From Okamejei kenojei (taxonomy: Eukaryota): DNA of 64,000 nt. Position 1 is the stretch's first letter. Every line of letters begins with the position of its first letter. The position numbers were made by a program, and so were the translations under genes. The notes beneath the pieces are model-generated. The model was not told the origin of the DNA. It was given only the letters and a program-made list of their open reading frames with translations, and made no database searches. Of this stretch, positions 40,329 through 49,909 are shown piece by piece. The stretch lies in contig CM069163.1 of NCBI GenBank assembly GCA_035221665.1, positions 11,904,001-11,968,000 of the forward strand, given 5' to 3'.

Positions 40329-40899
40329 CTGGAAATAGAGACAAAAAGTTAGTGCAAGTTTCCAAGTAAGGCTTTCTTAATGAAGTAAAATGATAGGGAG
40401 TGCATTTGGCCCATCCCCATCAACCTCCCACAATGTCCAAACAAACATCCAAATAGCATCTTAGCAGAATCAAATACACAGGACAAGATGTTAAGAAGTC
40501 CCTTGTGCCAGTAGGTGGGAGCTATATAGCTTGGATTTTAATCACCATTAGAGCAACTTGGATTTTAGACCCATTAGAGCAACTTTAAATCAAAATAAAG
40601 AAAATAAACACAATGCCAAAAGTCTAGAATGATGCTGAAAACATTCAGCACTTCAGGTTGGTCAATTTTCAAAAGCGGGAGGAAAAAAGTTAGAAACCAA
40701 ACATGTTTTAAGATGTGGAGTAGTGGCCGTAATAGAGAGAACAAAGGGAATGCCTGTGATTGGGAGGTATCCAAGATAAACCAAATAAACAGAAGTGAAG
40801 TTGTCAGCCAAAGAATAGGATGCATTGTAAACAGCTGATCTACTTGGAGGAGAGGCAAAAAGGAAAAATAAAGGAGACAAGAATGAAATAAAATACTGG

Positions 40900-42100
40900 A
40901 ACCTCGAGGTAAAAAACACTATAGATGTTGGCAATCTGAAAAAAAAACAAAATGCTCCAAATACTCATGTCAGGCAGCAGCAAGGTGACATTACAGATTA
41001 TATGACCTTTACTCATAGCTGAAGTCAGTTTTGAAACAAATTGGGGAGGCCTGATTTTCTGATAATGTTGAATTCAACCTTGAGTCCGTGGGCTATAAGC
41101 ATACACAAGGAGCAGATCCAGGGCTTACATTGAAACAGCACACAAGAACAAAGAGGAATGTAAAAATGTGAAAAGCAGGCAATTGAAAACTCAGAACCAT
41201 CCTTGCAGAATAAATAAATGTGCCCTGCAGGGTTGTCATCGTATCCATTAGCTTCTCCAGTGTGGAGCAGTGCGTGAACACTGAATGTGGTACTTTAAAT
41301 GAAAAGTACAAGTAATTTGCTTCTTCATCTGGGAATAGTGCTTGTATTGCTGGAAGTCAAACAGGAAGATTAAAGGCAGTTGCTCAATCTCCCGTGATTG
41401 TATGGGAAGATGGCTCGAGAATGGACACACTGACAGTGGCAATTACAGAGGATGATCACTTGAATATGAAGGGGTGATGGGTCCGAGGCAAGAACATGTA
41501 GAATCTCTAATTTGCTCCAGGTAGGGAAGTATAGGAAATACAAAGGATGTAGGTGAAATCCCTATCAACTATAGCAGAAGGGAATGTATTGTTAAACAGG
41601 AAGATATCTCAGAAGCATTGACAGGAAAGGCATTATTACCAGAACTAACAGAATGTGCAGGAAAGAACTGCAGATGCTGGTTTAAATCGAAGATAGACAC
41701 AAAATGCTGGAGTAACTCAGCGGGACAGGCAGCATCTCTGAAGCGAAGGAATGGATGACGTTTCGGGTCGAAACCCTTCTTCAGACTGATCTCCACAGGA
41801 ATCCTTATAAGAGGTAATGTGGCAGGTGGTGTAATCAAGATAGCAATGGGAGTTTGTGGACTGGTAATGGATGTTGGACCCCAACCTATCCCCAAGATCG
41901 AGATCTGAAAGGGAAGAGTCAGAGTTTGATGAGGTGACAGTGAGAGTTGGACATTGACACAAGAAACTGCAGATGCTGGCACTATGAGCAAAACAAAGCG
42001 CTGGGGTAACTCAGCGGGCCAGGCAACAGCTGCAGAGGGAATGGACAGGTGTCGGAACTCAGATTGAGAGTTGGATGGAACTTGATAGAAAGTGAGGAAC
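40900..42100 (-). mobile_element. Degenerate Penelope-like element(s) with a younger terminal fragment at 41655-41790
   Basis: RT thumb-like peptide IHYQSTNSHCYLDYTTCH; repeated ctgcagatgctgg/aactcagcggg termini. Confidence 0.7.
41757..41784 (-). ncRNA. Minimal type I hammerhead-ribozyme core (Penelope-associated)
   Basis: CUGAAGA-A-GGG UUUCGA CCC-GAAA-CGUC; palindromic ACGU stem III; GUC cleavage triplet. Confidence 0.65.
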
Positions 42101-43097
42101 CTACTGAAATAAGTGGACCATTTAGGTTTTTATACTTGTACAACAGTACAAGCCAAAATATGAATGCAAATGTATTTCAGTGCAATATCAGCGCTTGATG
42201 TGAAAGCTAATAAAAAGTAATTGTGTCTGATGAAACATTCATTATTTTTCTTTCCACAAATGCTGCCGGACCCATTGCATGCTTCTAACATTTTCTGATG
42301 TGACATCTGAGATGTTTCAATTTGCAACCTATTCAATTGCCACGGTGATGGCAGGACCAAACAACATATTTCACTCATAATATTTCTATTTTGTTAGTGA
42401 GATTATAAAAGCATCATTACAGATTTTGTATTATTAAACCTCATAACGAAGTTAAGCAGTTAGAATTTTCTAAAATCCTAAAAGGCACAGAGAAAAAAAA
42501 CTTCCATGAGTTTAAAGAGATCTCCTAAATAACACTCACTCCTGCACACACAATAATAGATTTGTGAAAAAAAAACCCATGGATGGTAACCAATGGATTG
42601 CCATTTGGCAAGTCACACCGTTTTAAATGGCAAATGGGATTACGTTGTACGGTTAGGAATGCTATTTGGAATGTGGATGGAGGAACTGGTAATTATCCCA
42701 CAGGCATCTAAAGGCTGCTTCATCGTGAACTGCAGGGCAGTATGCAACCAGTGGATAAGAGTTTTTGCCAATGCTAAACTGGGAAATACTGCGCAAATCT
42801 ACTGCATTGGAGTTGCATAGCAAACCATTGTTCTGGAACATGGTGGTAGTCCAACAAGCAGGTAGAAATAATGCAGCTTCAGAAGAAATCAACAGGTCTT
42901 TATTGTTGTTACGTGTAGCGAGAGGAAGCAAGGAGAGGGAGGCAGGCATATTAGAGTTGAAACTACTACCTATTCAAAATATTCTACGAAAGGTTACGGA
43001 CTACATTAATTGATCTAGGTAGTGGGACTGGTTAGCAGTACATGACTACAGTACAGAAAATGGAAGCCGATGCATTTAAATGAAACAATCTACTTAC

Positions 43098-43168
43098 CAA
43101 GAGGATTTTCTCTGACATTGTCAGGGTCTTCAGCCACGGTAATATCTGGCAACTTGAAAACATTGGAA
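43098..43168 (-). CDS. CDK5RAP2: CDK5RAP2 exon 2 (SNVFKLPDITVAEDPDNVRENPL)
   Basis: Pyrimidine tract ttttttctag acceptor; donor G|gtaagt; ends in phase 1, matching exon 3. Confidence 0.7.
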
Positions 43169-45510
43169 CTAGAAAAAACAACAGAAGGCAAGTTAACACG
43201 ACAAATGCATAGACAAATAAAAACAAGACCGATCATAGAATTTTGTTCGTTACAAGGGAAATGAAAGAAACAAATAAAAAAATGCAATGTATGGTAAACA
43301 TTTTGAGGTGTACTACCTAGCAAGGTGAAAGATACAGATTCAATTATAATCAATAGACAAGAAATTGGATAGGTACTTGAGGAAATGATAAAGCATTGCA
43401 AAGACTTGGAAAAGTGCAAGCATGCAATAAATCTGATGCCCTTCAGAAGAACTGGCACAGTGTCAGTTGGTTAAATCAATATAGCAACTTTAATAAAACA
43501 TTCCAAATAAAAAGCCCAGAAAAATATGGACACGGTAGGGAAATGGTTAAAAGCATATTGATCTTTAAGTCATCCTTCTATTTGCTGCATCAATAGCCTA
43601 AACTTCTTTCTTAAACATGGCGTTGGCATTTGTGGTAAGGCTGATAGTAATCCTGGCTCTTCAATTGGCCTTTGAACCATATCCTCCTAGGCAATTTTAT
43701 TAAGGTCAAGGGAAGAGTCAAACACATTCTGATGAACAGTCTTCAATCTAAAACATTTAACCCATTTTTCTTCACACAGATCTGCTTTGAACATCTGAAA
43801 CAAGGACGGCAGTATTCTTCCCCTGAAGGACACCTGAAAATCAGTAATTCAATAATCTGACAGATTCATGTTTACTGTTTCAAACTTTTATAATGTTAAA
43901 ATTAAATAAAGGATTCCCCAGAGGGATTTGACCTTCAGGTTGATCTTGCATTTCAGGTTGATCTAGCTCTTCCCATCTTCCATCTCAACTCTTGGCAATA
44001 CAAAGCAAACAAATACAACTCCTCAGTATCAGAACATGTCACTGCACATACACAATCCTCAAGCAAACTCCAGCTACTCACTAACCCACATAAGAGAGAA
44101 TTCTGCAGCACAGAAACAGGCCTTTTGATCCAACTTAATAATTCACAAATCTTGCAATCCTTCTTAAAGTGTAGTGTGTACCAGGCGATTTAAAATGTTC
44201 AAAAATATTTTAAAATAATTGTCTGTTTTGTCTTTCATCCCTATTTAAAGGAGTAGCATTACCAATAGATATTTCCTGATGACAGTGAAAAATGTCTTCA
44301 AATACCTATTAATGGTCCCTGCCAGAACAGGTGTTTGCCTAGGCTCAATTCACAGAAACTAACAAAGCCTCAAGAACAAGGCTTTAAGCCCTAATTAGCA
44401 ATAGACATAATGTAGGCTGACACTTCAATGTAAGCCAGTACTGCAACGTCATATGATATGTTCTACTGGGATACAGTCTGCCCTTTCAGACAGATATTAA
44501 AGGTCATATTACATTATATCAATAGCAGTGAACTCCTGCCTTTAATCCCCCAATCTACATGGCAGATGGTTATCTAGTCACTGAATGATAATTTGTTATC
44601 CCCAAATGGGACAATCAACGTGAAGTCCCATTAATGCACTGTACAGAAAGACATGGCTTTTAATTGCTTGTAGATATTGCTTGGTCATAGAAGATACTCG
44701 AGTGTCCTGAACATTTGATGATTGCGAGCCAGATGCCATGCCCAGGAGAGCAGCCTACAGATCACAGTAATGAACCCTCAAGCCAAAGGCTGATTTCTTC
44801 AGCATCAATGAGAATTACTGTCTTCCAGGAGACACAATATATTGCGATTGTCAATATATATCAACAAACAATCTTGACATGAAAGAGTTTGGTTGAAAGA
44901 TAAATTGCTGGACATAGACAGGTCATGTAGCATATATACAAAGAGATTAACAGAATTAAATGTTGTCAATAATCTTTCTCAAAGCTGCCAAGCCGGCAAT
45001 TTCCAGCATTTTTGATTTTTAATTTCAGATATCCAGGATTCTGCCCCCCCCCCATCCCACTCCCATTCTCGTTGATGTATCCAATTCTGACTGAGTGAAC
45101 AAAAATGATTTTCTTCAACTTCCAATACATCCATGACCAAGGAGGACAAAAATAGCAAATTCACCTTCAAGTGACACACCAAGCATACATCAGCATTCCT
45201 TTACCACTGGGTCAACATCCTGGCATTTTGTAATACTAGTTGTGGAGCTCCATTACTACAGGGACTGTTGATGTTCATAAAAATTGCCTGAAGAACATTA
45301 TCTCTGGCAAAAATACAATCAATACCATAGGTATAACAACAAAATTATATTCAATGCTTGTGATATGACTAATTGTTGTTTAGTGCTCCATCCCACTATA
45401 AATGTCACAGTAAAAACATTTTTCCAACAAAATTCAAAATGTATTTTTAAATAATGTCTATTGGCTATTTCATGCATTGAAAGCAGCATGGTGCAATGAA
45501 TAATCAAATA

Positions 45511-46360
45511 TAATAACCATATAACCATATAACAATTACAGCACGGAAACAGGCCCTCTCGGCCCTTCCAGTCCGTGCCGACCATTTGTTTTCCCCTAGT
45601 CCCATCTACCTGCACTCAGACCATACCCCTCCACGTCCATATACCTATCCACTTTACTCTTAAATGTTAAAATCGATCCTGCCTCCACCACTTCTGCTGG
45701 AAGCTCATTCCACACAGCCACCACCCTCTGAGTAAAGAAGTTCCCCCTCACATTACCCCTAAACTTCTGTCCCTTAATTCTCATGTCATGCCCTCTTGTT
45801 TGAATCTTCCCTACCCTCAATGGGAAAAACGTATCCACATTAACTCTGTCTATCCCTTTCATCATTTTAAAGACCTCAATCAAGTCCCCCCCTTAACCTG
45901 CTGCGCTCCAAAGAATAAAGACCCAACTTGTTCAACCTTTCCCTGTAACATAGTTGCTGGAACCCTAGCAACATTCTAGTAAATCTCCTCTGTACTCTGT
46001 CTGAAGAAGGGTCTCGACCCGAAACGTCGCCTATCTCCTTCGCTCCTTAGATGCTGCTGCACCCGCTGAGTTTCTCCAGCTTTTTGTGTACCCTCCTCTG
46101 TACTCTCTCTATTTTGTTGACATCCTTCCTATAACTAGGCGACCAAAATTGTACACCATACTCCAGAATTGGTCTTACCAATGCCTTGTACAATTTTAAC
46201 ATTACTTCCCTACTCCTATATTCAATGCTCTGATTTATAAAGGCCAGCACACCAAAGGCTTTCTTTACCATCCTATCTACATGCGATTCCTCCTTCAGGG
46301 AACTATGCACAGTTATTCCTAGATCCCTCTGTTCCACAGCATCCTCAATTCCCTACCATC
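45511..46360 (-). mobile_element. Young CR1 copy nearly identical to the 3' part of 26818-28022, opposite orientation
   Basis: Near-identical peptides (EQRDLGITVHSSLK...; IEVFKMMKGIDRV...GNFFTQRVVAVWNELP) and the same tail. Confidence 0.92.
45999..46092 (+). mobile_element. Penelope terminal mini-element with intact hammerhead core (46001-46028), inserted into the CR1
   Basis: 14-bp TSD ctcctctgtactct (45985-45998 and 46093-46106); CTGAAGA-A-GGGTCTCGACCC-GAAA-CGTC. Confidence 0.8.
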
Positions 46361-46664
46361 TTTCAAAATCAGTAATACCATCTTTCCCTACTAATCTTTC
46401 AAAAAAAATCAGTAATCTATACCTGGACACAAAGTGCTGGAGGAACCCAGTAGGCCGGGCAGCATCTGTGTTTTGCGCAAGATTCCAGCATCTGCAGTTT
46501 ATTGCCTCCAGGTAATCTATCTTCATTGTCAGTTACAGATTATTGTATAATTTGTTTCTGACAGTTACAATAATATTGCAATCTGATTTCTCAAAATAAA
46601 AGAATGATAATAAAGTTTGGCGATAACATATTTTGAATGTTAAATCACCACATATTTTACCAAA

Positions 46665-46907
46665 TATTTAAGAAGGAACTGCAGATGCTGGAAAATCGAA
46701 GGTAGACAAAAATGCTGGAGAAACTCAGCGGGTGAGGCAGCGTTGATGGAGCGAAGGAAATAGGTGACATTTCGGGTCAAGACCCTTCTTCAGAAGAAGG
46801 ATCTCGACCCATCTGAAGAAGGGTCTCGACCCAAAACAACTCCCATTTCCTTCGCTCCATAGATGCTGCCTCACCCGCTGAGTTTCTCCAGCATTTTTGT
46901 CTACCTT
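46665..46907. mobile_element. Penelope foldback element with 16-bp TSD and hammerhead cores in both orientations
   Basis: TSD cacatattttaccaaa (46649-46664 and 46908-46923); inverted arms ~46698-46793 and ~46813-46908. Confidence 0.85.
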
Positions 46908-46946
46908 CACATATTTTACCAAAGTAGTGACATTGGTTACAAACAT

Positions 46947-47090
46947 GTGTTAAAGAAGGAACTGCAGATGCTGGAAAATCGAGCGTACACAAAATGCTGG
47001 AGAAACTCAGCGGGTGCAGCAGTATCTATGGAGCGAAGGAGATAGGCAATGTTTCGGGCCGAAACCCTTCTTCCGACGTTTACAACATAT
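46947..47090 (-). mobile_element. Penelope terminal mini-element with 10-bp TSD
   Basis: TSD ttacaaacat (46937-46946 and 47091-47100); degenerate core. Confidence 0.75.
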
Positions 47091-47225
47091 TTACAAACAT
47101 CCTGTTTTAAGGAGAAGGAAAGTTGCGGATCGAACAAGAGCCACAAATTAGGCAGGAAAAGACACAAAATACTGGAGTTACTCAGTGGGTTGTGCAGCAT
47201 CCGAGATCAGTAGAACATGGACAGG

Positions 47226-48274
47226 TAGGTATGTTACAAAACTTACCTTCAGCGGCGCTGTAGTTCTGCCACTGGCCGTGTGCGCGACTTTGGCGCCTTT
47301 GAGGGTGTGGGGGTGGGGGGGGGAGCGGGGTTAAAATGCGTTGTTTCTCCTACATGTCCTAAATATTTTTTACTCGGAGTGCAAGCTTTTGCTGAAGAAT
47401 TGTTCTGACTGCCATTCTGTGGATTTTTTTATTTTTTATAAATCGCCTGACAAGTTCAGCGCTGGAGTAATTTAAAAATCAGTTTCTAAAGCCGTCAACG
47501 AGGATGGATGCCACGTACGGGACAGGTAAAGGAAAGCCAATTATTTTATTATAAAAGTGCTTTTTAAGATGCCTTTAATCCACATTTTACGTTGCAAAAC
47601 GGCGATTTACTCCCCCATATGAACCAGCAGTATTTTTCCTGCCGATATGGGGTTTAAATTTACCGCAACGTTCCAATTGATCGCGTTCCACAAAAACCCA
47701 CTCGCAAGCTGATTTAAATGACCATTAATTTACGGGAATTAAACATTAGATTCCTTCCATTTGGCCTTTCAATGCATGACAATGAGATTTAAAACATGTT
47801 CTATTGTGAATTCTTGTGTGAATGTTATTTGAACACTTAGGTTATTTAAAAATGTTATTTTTTTCTTAAGAAATAGATAGATAGATGTTTAGATCTAGTA
47901 ATTGAATTTTGTAATTAGCTACAATTGGGTAACTAACTAATAATATGCTTTAATTTCACGTCATCCAAGCAAGATTCTTTCATATTTGTTTGAGAATGCT
48001 TCAATCCATAATAACTGAAAATGTCTTTCAGTTCTCTTAATTTTTAAGAGAGTTATGGGCTTTGGACTGTCCTTCACAGCTTTTGTGTTAAGTCAATGGA
48101 AAAGCAATAGGGAACAAGATGCTAATTTCCGAGTATGAAAATGGCCTAACTTTTTTAACACTGAAGATATAAAAGTGAATTAGGTGTCAAATTAAACTCC
48201 TTTTTATGCTTTATCTGATGGGATAAAATGCAGACTTGAATTTTTTTTAATCTCAACATTTTGTAACATTGATA
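47226..48274. mobile_element. Non-autonomous DNA transposon (hAT-like TIRs) inserted into a Penelope terminus
   Basis: TIRs TAGGTATGTTACAAAA / TTTTGTAACATTGATA; TSD ggacagg (47219-47225 and 48275-48281); the host Penelope terminus resumes after it. Confidence 0.75.
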
Positions 48275-48429
48275 GGACAGGTGACGCTTCGGGACCAGAC
48301 TCTTCATAAATTAAGCAGCAGTTTGAATTATCACATAAGGGAGGGATTTAGAAGGTGAGAAGACCGGTTTGGAGGGGGGTTGGCGTTCAGAGGGAACGAT
48401 TAAGACAAAGGAACAATTATCACCGAGCA

Positions 48430-49100
48430 AGGGCTCGGGGATACAACCTAACGGCGGGGTCAGTTGTTCCTTATAATCGGATGCCCAGATCATAAACTTG
48501 ACACAGTGACCGCACAGACTGTTAACTGGGCGACTCCGCTTATAGAAAAATCATAACGGCAGCACACATGCCTGGCAGGCTGCGGCTCAGTTGTACAGGA
48601 CGGGGAGTGGAGAGAGGGAGAAGGGGGGGAAAGAAAGGGAGGAGGGTGAGGAGGTCCGGTCCTGGACCCTCCTGATCGACCTGGCTCACAGCAGCGGCCG
48701 AGTCGGACAGAACATGCCGGTCCAACACCTCCCTCACCGTTGGCAGAGGGGGGTCCCGTTTCGCCCGACCCCACCCGGGACCCCCGCCCGGGCCCACCTC
48801 GCCGTTTTAAATCCAAGGGCAGCGTTGGGTCCCTCCGCTCCGCCACCGAGTCCATGGGGCGGCGGCTACAGCTACAGATGATCCCCTCCTTCCCCTCGGG
48901 CCCTTCCCTTTCTTCCTCTCCGCTGGGTTTTTTGTTTTCCACTTCAGCCACACCATACCATCCCCACTGCGGCGGCGCCACCGCCCGTCCGCCCTCACCG
49001 ACGCTTTCAAACTGCCGCCGCCGCCCCCGCCATGTTTAAAAACCCACACCCTGCGGCACCATGGGTAACGGCCAACTGACTCCCCCGTGCCGCATGAGAC
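48430..49100 (-). promoter_or_regulatory. CpG-island promoter / 5' UTR of CDK5RAP2
   Basis: Abrupt GC/CpG enrichment around exon 1; GC boxes (ccgccc); X-box-like GTTACCCATGGTGCC near 49055-49069 on the minus strand. Confidence 0.8.
48798..48855 (-). CDS. CDK5RAP2: CDK5RAP2 coding exon 1 (MDSVAERRDPTLPLDLK...)
   Basis: ATG in good Kozak context (gccccATGG) in a CpG island; donor G|gtgggc; resembles the CDK5RAP2 N-terminus. 58 nt gives phase 1, which conflicts with exon 2 (see findings). Confidence 0.7.
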
Positions 49101-49815
49101 ATGGGGAAAAGGGAATGGGGAAAGGGAATGGGGAAGTGAGAGATGGGGGAAAGAGAATGGGGAAAGAGAATGGGGACAAGGAATCGCGATGGGAAAGGAG
49201 ATGAATGGGGAAAGAGAATGGGGAAGGAGAATGGGGAAAGAGAAAGGGGGAAAGAGAATGAGGGGAAAGAAGAATGGGAAAGAGAATGGGGAAAGAGAAT
49301 GGGGAAAGGGAATGGGGAAGGAGAATGGGGAAAGAGAATGGGGAAAGAAGAATGAGGAAGGAGAATGGGGAGAGAATGGGGAAAGAATGGGGAAAGAGAA
49401 TGGGGAAGGAGAATGGTGAAGAGAGAGATGGGGAAAGGAATGGGAAAGAGAATGGGGAAAGGGAATGGGGAAAGAGAAAATGGGAAGGAGAATGGGGAAT
49501 GGAGAGATGGGGAAAGGGAAAGGGGAAAGAGAATGGGGAAGTGAGAGATTGGGGAAAGGGAATGGGGAAAGAGAATCGGGGAAGAGAGAATGGGGAAAGA
49601 GAATGGAAGGGAGAATGGGGAAATAGAATGGGGAAAGAAGAAAGGAGAAGGAGAATGGAAGGAGAATGAGGGGAAAGAGAATGGGAAAGAGAAGGGGAAG
49701 TGAGAATGGGGAAGTGAGAGATGGGGAACAGGGATTTGGGAAGAGGAGAATGGGAAAGAGAATGGGGAAAGAATGGGGAAGGAGAATGGTGAAAGGAAAA
49801 TGGGGAAACGAGAAA
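49101..49815 (+). repeat. Purine-rich minisatellite, ~13-nt unit GAATGGGGAAAGA
   Basis: Tandem near-perfect units directly visible. Confidence 0.95.
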
Positions 49816-49909
49816 TGGACGTGCGCACTAGTTGGCACACGCTCGGTGCCCGCGCCATGAGACGGCGCCATTGTCATGTCGGCCTGGTTTCCCCCCTCTC
49901 CAGTTCCGC

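Larger units (their letters stand above)
2224..48855 (-). other. CDK5RAP2: CDK5RAP2 (Cep215, centrosomin family) gene, 5' part; continues beyond the left edge
   Basis: 20 phase-compatible GT-AG exons encoding a CM1 domain plus long coiled coils. Exon sizes 111, 77, 124, 54, 120, 93, 219, 171 and peptides (KAVESLA, EKQNSLKRDKTIQGLTLALK) match human CDK5RAP2 as recalled, better than PDE4DIP. Confidence 0.85.

Noticed and set aside
2224-48855. Calling the gene PDE4DIP (myomegalin)
   Set aside because: Exons 1-9 and 11-14 match CDK5RAP2 peptides and exon sizes, including the 54-nt exon, better than PDE4DIP as I recall them. Phylogeny is still needed to confirm.
49101-49815. CRISPR-like or telomeric repeat
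   Set aside because: No unique spacers, eukaryotic context, and the unit is not TTAGGG.
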